A stretch of 47,740 bases of DNA from an uncultured Bacillota bacterium (lineage in GTDB: Bacteria; Bacillota; Clostridia; Christensenellales; UBA1242). The DNA lies in contig CASFYE010000044.1 of the NCBI GenBank assembly GCA_949298925.1, positions 1-47,740 of the forward strand, in the 5' to 3' direction. The translations under genes were made by a program, and so were the position numbers. Shown in pieces: positions 16,717 to 27,700 of the stretch. Under the pieces are notes generated by a model. The model worked only from the letters and a program-made list of their open reading frames with translations. It had not been told where the DNA came from and searched no databases. Position 1 is the stretch's first letter. Every line of letters starts with the position of its first letter.

Positions 16717-16745
16717 ATTTTATTCATTTGAAATTAATTTGTCAA
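16717..16745 (-). promoter_or_regulatory. sigma-A promoter of the glyQS leader (TTGACA-17-TAAAAT)
   Basis: On the minus strand, TTGACA corresponds to plus 16740-16745, followed by a 17-nt spacer, and TAAAAT to plus 16717-16722. Confidence 0.7.
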
Positions 16746-16783
16746 CATTTTTATCCTAAAATCAAACAATATTTTTATATGTT

Positions 16784-18361
16784 TTAATTAAATTTTTCGT
16801 TGTATTCTTCAAAAGTCATTGCCCTGTCTATAACATGGTTTTCATCACGAATGTCTATAATGCGGTTTGCAACGGTTTCAACAATTTCTTGGTCGTGTGA
16901 AGAAAAGAGAAGTATGCCTTTAAAATTTTTCATTCCGTTGTTTAATGACGTTATGCTTTCGAGATCTAAGTGGTTTGTAGGTTCATCCATAATAATGAGG
17001 TTTGAGCTTTCTAGCATCGTCTTTGCAAACATACATCTGACGCGCTCGCCACCAGAGAGCACATTTACGGGTTTTAAGTTTTCTTCACCAGTAAAAAGCA
17101 TGCGCCCTAGCCAGCTTCTAATAAAGGTTTCATTTTGGTCCTTTGAATATTGGCGAAGCCAGTCGACAAGTGAAAGCGAGCAGTTTTCGAAGTATTCTCT
17201 ATTATCCTGTGGAAGATAGCTAATTGAAATGGTTTTTCCAAAATGGATTGTGCCACTGTCCGCATGTTCCTTGCCCATCAATATGTTGAAAAGAGTCGTT
17301 ATCACTTGACTATTTTGTGCGAAGAAAGCAATTTTTTGATCTTTTTCAACGTTGAAAGAAAGATTGTTGAAAAAGCCTTTTTTTGTCAGCCCTTCGACTT
17401 TTAAAATCTCTTTTCCAATTTCCTGTTCAAACTTAAAATCTACGTAAGGATATTTTCTAGAAGAAGGTTTGATATCTTCAATTGTGAGTTTTTCAAGTTC
17501 GCGCTTTCTGCTTGTCGCTTGTCGAGATTTTGAAGCGTTGGCAGAAAACCTCGCGATAAATTCTTTTAGTTCTTTTGCCCGTTGTTCAGCTTTTTTGTTT
17601 TGGTCCTTCAACTGCCTCGCAATCAACTGGCTGGATTGATACCAAAAATCATAGTTTCCAATAAACATGTTGATTTGACCAAAATCCACATCGCAAATGT
17701 GAGTGCAAACTTTGTTTAAAAAGTGACGGTTGTGAGATACGATGATGACTGTGTTTTCAAAATCAAGCAAAAAGTTTTCTAGCCAAACGACCGTTTTAAA
17801 ATCAAGGTTGTTTGTCGGCTCATCCAATATTAATATGTCAGGATTTCCAAAGAGGGCTTGCGCAAGCAAAACTTTAACTTTAATTTTTGGGTCCGTGTCT
17901 CGCATAAGATCGAGATGCTGGGATTCTTTAATGCCAAGATTTTGTAAAAGTGTTTTGGCTTGACCTTCTGCTTCCCAGCCTCCAAGTTCGGCAAATTCTG
18001 TTTCTAAATCCCCAGCGTGCAATCCATCTTCTTCCGAAAAATCAGGTTTTGCGTAAAGCGCGTCCTTTTCTTGTTGAATTTCCATGAGTCTCTTGTGGCC
18101 CAACAAAACTGTGTTTAATATGGTTTTGTCGTCATATGAGTTTTGATTTTGTTGCAAAACACTCATTCTTTCGCCTGGCGATATAAAAATCTCACCGGTG
18201 TTTGGTTCGAGTTCACCAGTCAGTATCTTTAAAAAAGTGCTTTTGCCTGCTCCGTTTGCTCCGATAATTCCGTAGCAATTTCCTTTTGTGAATTTTAAAT
18301 TGACATCTTTGTAAAGCGTTCTGCCACCAAATGCCAAAGAAATGTTGCTTGCCTGTATCAT
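16784..18361 (-). CDS. ABC-F family ATPase (YbiT/YfmM-like; two ABC domains, no TM domain)
   Basis: It has two Walker A motifs (GANGAGKST and a second NBD), two ABC signatures (LSGGE-type) and an inter-domain linker rich in K/R/E. The N-terminus closely resembles YbiT/YfmM. Confidence 0.85.
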   Translation of the reverse strand: MIQASNISLAFGGRTLYKDVNLKFTKGNCYGIIGANGAGKSTFLKILTGELEPNTGEIFISPGERMSVLQQNQNSYDDKTILNTVLLGHKRLMEIQQEKDALYAKPDFSEEDGLHAGDLETEFAELGGWEAEGQAKTLLQNLGIKESQHLDLMRDTDPKIKVKVLLAQALFGNPDILILDEPTNNLDFKTVVWLENFLLDFENTVIIVSHNRHFLNKVCTHICDVDFGQINMFIGNYDFWYQSSQLIARQLKDQNKKAEQRAKELKEFIARFSANASKSRQATSRKRELEKLTIEDIKPSSRKYPYVDFKFEQEIGKEILKVEGLTKKGFFNNLSFNVEKDQKIAFFAQNSQVITTLFNILMGKEHADSGTIHFGKTISISYLPQDNREYFENCSLSLVDWLRQYSKDQNETFIRSWLGRMLFTGEENLKPVNVLSGGERVRCMFAKTMLESSNLIIMDEPTNHLDLESITSLNNGMKNFKGILLFSSHDQEIVETVANRIIDIRDENHVIDRAMTFEEYNEKFN

Positions 18362-18686
18362 AAAACATAGTTCCTTTTAACGAAAAGATTATATCTAATT
18401 AAAAATCAAAAGTCAAATATTATGCTTATTAAAAATATTTTTCAAATTTGAAAAAAATTAATTTTAAGAAAAATTTGCAATAAATTAATAAAAAAAATTA
18501 AAAAAATCAAAAAAATGTTAATTTAATAATAAAAAATTAAAAAAATATAAAAATTGTCGATTTGTTTTTATTTTAATAAGACAGAAAAAAATGTTTCTGT
18601 AGAGAATATGGTTAAAGATTTTTAAACATAAAATTTTATGTTTTTATTTTTTTTATTATTTAAATAATAAAACAACCGTCGTTTGT

Positions 18687-18715
18687 TTGGTGTTTTTTGT
18701 CAAAAAAAGTATAAT
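18687..18715 (+). promoter_or_regulatory. candidate promoter of the giant gene (TTGGTG-17-TATAAT)
   Basis: TTGGTG is at 18687-18692 and TATAAT at 18710-18715. It is followed by a small hairpin (ATCCTT/AAGGAT) and a TAAGGAGG RBS. Confidence 0.5.
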
Positions 18716-18764
18716 TAAAATGTAAATATATGCAAAGAATATCCTTGAAGGATTAAGGAGGAGT

Positions 18765-21700
18765 ATGAAACTAAAAGCACCAAAAACATGGCAAATGGTT
18801 TTGATATTCGTGACCATAATTTTTTTGGCAGTGGGCGGAGGCGTTTTGTACGTCTATTTAAATGATGGCTTCAAGCCAAAAGTTATTTATCCAGAAACTA
18901 TTGATGTGCAAGACTTAGACAATGTCTTAAATTCAACTAGGGCTCAATATGAAGCGACTGAGGATTTTCAATTGACGTTTACTTCTCAAACGGAAGGCGT
19001 CAACAGAAAGGGAATTACTCTTTCGTTTCCTTCGGGCATAGCGGTTACTAGAGATGCAGAAAACGGAACGATTTCCGACGGAGTAATTACAGTTCCAGAA
19101 AAAGTCACGCTTGGGCAAAGCTTTACCGTTTCACTAGTTAAACAAGCGTATGACAAAAACAACAATTTGATTGAAGATTTAAACGATTACAATGCGGAAG
19201 AAGACGGAGCCATTACTTACATAAACAAAGGTGGTGTTTCCAACCTTATCATAACTCCTGAAAGCAACACTGACTATAACAAACAAATCACAATTGCAGT
19301 TGACGTGCCTGTGCTTGAAGTAGAATTAAAATTTGTCGACATCACAACAGGTTTTGAATATGCTCAAGAAGATGGCGCAACCATAATACCAGAAGGCACA
19401 AATTTTGTTGCTAAGCCGATTTTTGTTCCACAGCAAAGCGCTTACATGTTCAGCGATGAAAAAAATTCCAACGTGAGCGCGCAGGACGTGCGTGAAAAAA
19501 GTGTTTACTACACTTTGGGGACAGGCGTCACAGGCATACAGTTAAATCAATCTGATGACGGTGTTTATTTCACTGCATTAGAAGAGGTTTCGCAAGGCAA
19601 CATCGTAAATGCGTTTGCTTTTTCTAGTTCAAAAGATGAACTGGACTTTTTGGCCCAAAACTCGACGTTAGATGGAGTTGCGCTTTACAATCAAGCAATC
19701 AGCTTTTTATCAGCCAGTGATTCGGCAATAAAAAGCGAGGGAAATTTGTCGGTTGTCGAGGCAAATGTTGGGTTGTTTAGCATACTGCAAAACTCTGTCA
19801 GCAACCCTTACGAAATGAGTGTTGACAAGCTGTTTACTATCTTAGCGGGCGGTGACAGTTCGAAAGGCGGTGCTTTGAGCGCCACTATTCAAGACGTTCA
19901 CGGTGCAGATCTTTCCGGCATGATCAGAAACATTGGAATGAGAGTTGTTTCAGCGACAGGAGCAAATGGAGAAAATCTCATTGGCAACATTGTCTTGCGT
20001 GGTGGAAGTGAAAGAGAGGCAAGCAATGGGAATACATATGTTTTGATAAATTCAAACGTTCGTGACTTAAATTTGGCATATTTTGAGTTGTCTTCAAACG
20101 TCGAGTGTGAGCTTCAGCTGGCAATAGCGCTCATCGTTCAGGACGAGGAAGGCTCTTACAATATTTTTGAAGAGGAAAAGACTTTATACGCAAAGGTTTC
20201 GACGCATCAAGAAGATGTCGTTTCATGGGATGCAAGTTGGCAGGACGTTGACGGCATCAACTTGAAGATCATCTACGAAAATGGCCAGCCAGTCCCAGCA
20301 CAATATGGGCAAAACCTGTTTGATGTTGCAAACGTCCCTTCATCAAACGTTTACCAAAGAAAGGTGGTTTTCGCATATGGTGAAAACATCGATGGCAAAA
20401 TAGAATATGACACTGTTGGCAAAGGGACTTATTCTGTAAACGGAAGTTCCACCGAGCTTTATCCTTTGGCGAGTGGCGAACTTATTGCAAATAAAGCCAC
20501 AACATTTTACATAGTGTTTGCCACTGTCAAAACAGACGCTTACAATCAGCCTGTGTTTAATGATGATGGCACGTATAAACTGATTCAAGTTTCGTCAGCT
20601 GTTGCGGTCAATGTTGAAAACAGTTTGCGTGGGATAAAAAATGTTGACATCGAAGTTGGAAACGGAGAAAAGTGGCTTAAATATAATGAAACAACACTTT
20701 CCGCTTACGCGATTCCATCTGGTTCAAACATAGTTGGCAACGTCATTGGCAATGACATTGTCATGACAATTCAAGTAGAAAATGGTGACGAAGAGCTGTT
20801 TATAGAAGAATTTAACAACGGCAACATCACCTTCTTCGCTTCCAAAGACGCAGGTGGCGATGGCGAAAAAATGACAAACATATTTAGGTTTTCATCGCCG
20901 ACTTCAAATGGGGCAGGGACTGGCGAAGTTTCGGTAAACATCGGCATTGAACCAAATTTAAAATTTGCTATTGAAACAGGTGAAAATTATTACATTTTTA
21001 TTGAATACGACAACTCAATTTCTACAGAAAGAAAGATTGCAAATATTGGCGGAGAGGAAATTCAAGATTATATAACGATTTATGATCAACAAACTAAAAC
21101 GATAGAAAGTGAATTAAAGGATAAAGTCCTCAACGTTACTCAAACATTACAGTCAGACGGCACAAGTGAGATAAGCATAACAGGATTGACTGGAACGGAA
21201 AGTTTAGACGAGTTAAATGCTTATTTTCAAGAATATAATGAGACTTATTATCCAAACGGAATAAAAACACTCGACCAATATGGCAGAGAGTTTGAAGGGG
21301 ATTACACAATTTCCTCATCAAACTCAACACTTGTTATGGCAAACAATCTTGACAAATCTTTAAGCTTTGGCAACGGAAGTGGAAATGCAACAGTTACAAT
21401 TAAGTCTGGCAGTGCCACTGTCCGCCTAACTCTTAATGTTACAAGCACAGGCGTTTCAAAAATTTGTGTGTTGGATCAAGGATACGCAGGCACCTCGTCA
21501 GTTTCTTATGTTTATACACCGACATCGGTAGGCGAAGGAAGTGCGGAGGTAGGCGAAGGTAGTGCGGAAATTAAGTTAAAAAACGAAGGCCCAACGAATC
21601 CAAGCACATTAGTAACTGACGGCATATTGACTGTTTATGTTGGGGACAAAATTTATAACTACGATAAATATAAAATAACTCTTGCACCAACATTTTTGTC

Positions 21701-24700
21701 AGAAGTTAATGACGATTTGTGGGACATGATTAGTTATAAAACCTCGTCTTCAATTGGTTGGTCTGCTGCAGGTGCAAAACCAGACAGTAGCACGGAAATT
21801 TATTCATTGCGTGTAAACAATCATTTTGGGAAAGACGTAACTTTGCTTTTCAATGCGCGTAACGACAACAACACATTAAATTTCACCTTTTCGTTTACCA
21901 TTAAAAAGACCGCTGAACTAGAAAGAAACAGTTTAAACGAAGTAAATTATGGTGGAGAAATCACGGGGGTAGAAGGTCACACAGACTCAAACTCAATAGG
22001 TGTTTATGCAGGGTTTGGAATCAACTTAAATGATGAGAATGTAGAAGTTACCAACTATCTTAAAGTGAAAAATGTTAATTGGGGTGCAGTTTTTGAAGAG
22101 GAATATTACATACATAGTGGCGGGGATATAAACAAAACTGAGGCCAATGCAATTGCTACAATAAAAAAAGGCGTGCTCACCTTTAATGATGTCACACAAC
22201 CGACCAATTACAATTTTACGTTGTATGCTGTTAATAAACCAAAAGATGGAACACGGGTTGGAAATTATTACGGCTATTTAATCGAACTTTCATTCACAGT
22301 TTATCCAAACTTAAAAATCAATCCTCAAAACGATTCCGAAATTAGCTTAGCAAGTATTGCTTCTGCTACCAATGGATATAGTTATAGCAATGTTTTTACA
22401 ATTGGAAGAATAACCACCTTAGCGCAAGAGACTGATTCATCTATTGGAACTGTGCCTTTAGATCCAAACAAAAACATAACCGCAGGTGGTTTGATAAGCA
22501 ATTATAAATTTGTTGATGAAAATGCAGGTGGGTTACAATATTTATCTTTAGATGGTAATAATATTGTTAGAACGGAAACCTATTTGTATTACGATAAAAA
22601 CACAACAGGGAAAGAAATCGTTTTATATGCGTATGACGCAAATGGTAATGTGGTCGCTTCAGAAACCTTCAACTTGACCCTTGGTTTAGAAATTAACGAT
22701 TTAAACGAGCTTTTAAAAACAACTGACAATAACAAGGCGATAGTTCGTGCTCAAAAATATGATGGCACACAAATGGCATTAATCACTCAAAACTCAATTG
22801 ATGTTGTGAGAGGTTGGGCAGATTCCGGTCTTACAGCGGAACTGATGGTGGGCGCAAACGGAAGCTTTTATCAACTTACAGGGACAACAGAGAAGAAGTA
22901 CACCATAAGCTTGAATCCAAACGGCCAAGCCATCCGTTGTGACAAAAACACTTATTTAAAATTTAACTTTTCTTCCGGTGAGCTTGATTATGCGACATGG
23001 GACGTTCCAGTCATATTGTCGCAGATAGGAAGCGATTTTCCTGGGGAAGACACAGAGAATAATTTTGATTTGTTTGACGTAATAAACAATGGCATTAAAA
23101 CATCTGTCATAGCTGGCGGAGCATATTCGCTGTTTGATTTAGCAGACATAACAGGTTCAAATATTTCTTTTACTTATTTGGTTGATGGAGAAATTTGCAC
23201 AGACTATGAAACTTCGGTGATAAGTTCGCTGGAAAACGGAATGCTAGTTTTGAAAAATCTTTCAAACAATTGTAAGGATTTGATCAATGGCACGTTGCCT
23301 TTAGAAATTCAAATAACGATGCAAAATGGCGTTTATTCTCAAACATTTGTTTTACATGTTTTGGTTAGCCCAAATGCGACACTTGACAAAGTAAACTATC
23401 CATATGATGGAGCGACGGCAGAATTTTTAACGGTTAAAGGGTCAAAACCAATCGTCTTAAGCGATCCGCACGATAATGGTGAAAAGCGTTTCCCAGACAC
23501 TGCCACTCCAACAGTAGAAGAAAATATAACAAGCACGTTGACACTTTCAGAGTCAAATTACGTAGGTAGCATAACAATAAATTCAAAAGACTACGACGTG
23601 CAATACAATGCCGAAGATGGCGGTTTAACACTGACAAAAGACGGAGAAAACATAAACGGCACCAATGGAAAAATTGTCGTAGAAGGGAAGCAATACACCT
23701 ATTCCTTCGCTGAAAGCACGTTAACTTTGAGTTTGATTGGATTAGGTGATTCAATCTACAGCATAAAACAATTCACAATCAATGGAAATTCATCAGCATA
23801 CGAGGGATTTATTTCTCTTGAAGGGGAAACTTTGACGATAGACGACCAAAGTGGAACCTTGCAAAATGCTACACTTGTTATAGAAAAAAGGTATTCAAAT
23901 TTCTTTGGAGAGTCGCTGGAATACACTTTCATAATCAACAGCACCGATGTTGAATATTTCTTGAATATTGCAAGTGAAACAAGTGGTGACACGGCTTCTG
24001 AGGAAGGCAACGATTGGGTTATAACTCTGGATCGCAACGAAACCAATCACCTATTCTCAATTACAACAAAACAACGAAGTGAGGATGGTGGCGAGAGCAA
24101 CGTTTTGCCAAACGAAGTCACAACAAAATTGGTTGAAGAAAGCAAAGAAGGCTATACATTTGATTTTGAAGATGTCATTGAAAATCCTAAGACTTTGACA
24201 ATTACAACGCCAGTCTTTGTCGAGGCAGACACGGTTATCGACTTGACTTTTGTTGTCAATGACGGACAAGCAGAAATAAAAGTGCGAGTCATCGTTCCAG
24301 CGACCGTGGAAATGGAATGGATCGCTGACACCTCATTACCAGGTGGCAGTGAGTATAGTGTGGCTAATTATTTGATTAAAAACTTGAATAAAGATGGGAC
24401 ATTTAATGATAAGGCATATGTAACTATAAATGACGTTACTTTTACATATGATGATTCTACAAATGCGAAGAAAGGCTACTTAGAATATGATATGAGCAAC
24501 CAAAAAGTTAAAGTTCAACCTATATATCAAAATATTGAACGAGCGACAATAAAAGTTGCATATGCTTATGTTGAAAACATTACTGTTGAAGGTAAAAGCT
24601 ATTTTGTAGTTTATGATATAACAAGCAATTCGTTGATCTTAAAACAGGTGATTAAAAGTAGTGAAGGTTCGATAACGATTGATGACAAAACTTACACAGT

Positions 24701-27700
24701 GGGCACAACGGAAAGCGGTGAGACAACATTGACATATTTAATTGATGGCACACCATCAGGAGAAGAAACATCAAAGACAGGGACAATCATCATAGGCGGT
24801 GCAACATACACCTACACTTACACTGAAACAAATAAAATTACTTTAAGTAAAACTGACGACGAAACTTTTACACGTGAGATTGATCTTTCTATCGCCTCAC
24901 CAATCGTAGAAATAGATAGTAAAACATACAACGTTGAATACATCTCTGACAGCAATTCGTTGACCTTAAAACTCGTGTTTACAAGCAGTCGTGGTTCAAT
25001 AATAATTGATGACAAAACTTACACAGTGGGCATGACGGAAAGCGGTGAGACAACCTTGACATATTCAATTGATGGCACATCATCAGATGGCGCAAATGCA
25101 AAAACAGGGACTATCACCATAGGCGATGAAAATTACACCTACAATTACGAGTCGTCTAAGTTGACATTAACTAAAGAAGGATCAGAACCAATTATCACAT
25201 ATATTCGGACAGGTTACACCGAAAAGACTTTTGACTTTGAACCAAACTTAACTACGGTGTCACAGGGTATAGGGGACGTTTTATCACGCGAAACTGAAAC
25301 AGTGTCTTTAAGAAATCTTTTGGAAAGTTCTGGGACGTCAATAAATTTGGGTGGGGTATATAGCCTTATTGCAGTCAATATTGATGGAAACTTATTTGAT
25401 ATTAGTGCTCCTGATAAAGGCGTGTACGTTCAAGATGACGATTTAAAGATCACTCCAGAATATGTTGGGCAAAACACTCCTACTAGCATAAAGTTTAAAC
25501 TTACTTATACAAAAGGTGATTACACATTTACTACAAACGAAATCGAATTGACGTTTACTATTGTTGCTGCCGCAACATACGAAGTGTCTTATCCAAATCC
25601 TTTTGGCACAACCAAGGATTTGGGTTATGAAAGTTATTCTAAGGAAATCATAGAAGATGATGGTGGTGGAATAAACCTAAACAATCATTTTGGTGGGACA
25701 GCCGATTTTGCACAAGCGGAAAGAATAAAATTTAGCGATGTAAGTCTTGGCGACACCATAACAGAAACTTCTAAGAAATTTTCTGAAATTGCGAACGGCG
25801 TAACCTATACAATCATATCGTTCAGCGGATTTACAAATGATGGGCAACAAATCACAAGTGCAGAAGGCATTCGTGATTCAGGTAAATGGGCAAGCGGAAT
25901 ATTTAAAGTTGCAGGAGGTGTCGAAGTCGCAGAGGGGGCGTCAGTCACTTTTGGTATAACTTATAAAGGAGTTACGGCGCAATACACAGTTTATTTCTTT
26001 AGCACTGTCATTTCCGCAAGCACCAACAACACAATAAACCATGTCACAATTGCTACAGAAAATTATGAAAACATCTATGCTGACAAAGGGGATATTTACG
26101 GCGACGAAGGGAAAACAAACATCTTCGCGAAAAACAGGCTTGTCGAACTTGGCATATTAAAAGACGGAGCCGAGGCGGGGTCTTTGCAAAAAATCTATGC
26201 AAGACCAGAGGGTAAAGATGACACAACAATGTATGAACAACTCGCATCGTTCGTCTTAACTCAAAGCATGATTGACAGAGGAGCCAACATCTTTGTAGAT
26301 ATTGGAATTTTAAATGGCAAGACAATCGGTGGCAAGCCAATTTCAACAGTAGTAGACAATTTACTTGGTGAAGGCTATGAGTTTGTTGTTGGCTCTATAA
26401 ATCAAAATGGCGAATTTGTTGGCTCTACTTCAATTCAATTCATTAGGCAGGCAAGCCGTGTTGAATACAAATACAGACTGTCAAATGGAAGCACACAGTT
26501 GATTAACAGCGAAACCTTAATTGTTTGTGAAGAAGAAAAACTGGCTGTAAATGAACCAAGCAAATTTGAAAATAATGAAACAGCGACCTTTAATGTCACT
26601 TACAAAATTACAGAGGGTGGTATAGAAAAAGGAACGATAACTTACAAACTTAAAAAAGTGCTTGACATCGAGGCACAATACGCTTGGTCATCGGCCAATA
26701 AAACAGTTATTGAAATCGAAACCAACAAAATCAACACCTACACAATCGTAAAAGAAATGGGAATTCGCCACCCATCGACTGGCGAAATGCTGTCGGCTGA
26801 CAATATTGGAAACGCCGAAATAGATTTAACTGTTGTAAACACTAAAGACAATACATTTGATTGGAACGATATTGATGGGGGGTGGCCAGATGGCGTTACG
26901 GAAAACGATTTTGTTTATCAAACGGAAGCTGGTGATGACTATTTAAGCTTTACACCTATCAAAAACAGCGAAGAAAAAATCTATGACTACTACTTGTTCG
27001 GTGAAGGAGCCGACAATGATGGAAGTTACGTCCTTTTAAAACTGAATTATATTGCAGGAGGCACAGACCAAACTTTCTATTTCGTAGTCAAGTTGATTCC
27101 TGATTACAACGTTACGATTGGAGGAGTGCAAGTGGCTGTTCCTGGGGTGGTTACTGACGGAGTGGCTACAAATGAGGAGAGCCCTTACAATTTCGTGCCA
27201 GACGGTGAAAGTAATTTCAATATTGCAACAAACAGTGATTCAATCGTATCCTTTGTTAGATCAAACTGGGACAGCAGTAACATTGCAAAAAGCTTGACTT
27301 ATAAGTTGACAGTGAAAGATGCAGGGAATGGCTACAATGAAGCAAGTAATATCGCAAAATTGAATATAGGTTCTACATGGAAAAAACAAGAAAATGCTCA
27401 GTCTGGTTCTGTTGCAGTCGGTTCAGGCGATGTCGCCGCTGTCGGCAACATTTACACATGGAAAAACGCTAGTGGATCAACGAGTGAACTAAAATTGGTG
27501 CCTTCATTAATCGCGTTTGGACAGAAGATGTATATGCTTGAAATAACCAACTCATGGGGATTTAAAATAGAGTTTTACTTCACGCTTTCCTCTCCAACAG
27601 CTCAAAATCCTGTCATCAGCACGGCTTATTCTGATGCAACATTTACTGAAGGTGAAAATTTTGACGTTGGCGTAATTTATGATAAGATTGTTGCAACACC

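Noticed and set aside
16560-16727. A 56-codon N-terminal extension of the glyQS ORF
   Set aside because: The extension is the T-box leader (T-box sequence, antiterminator/terminator, RBS). The conserved GlyRS N-terminus starts at MEKLKNLDKIV with its own AGGAGA RBS.
18440-18560. A CRISPR-like or tandem-repeat array in the AT-rich spacer upstream of the giant gene
   Set aside because: The reiterated units are simple A-tracts (AAAAAATTAAAAAAAT appears twice) with no repeat-spacer organisation and no cas genes. I interpreted them as phased A-tracts.
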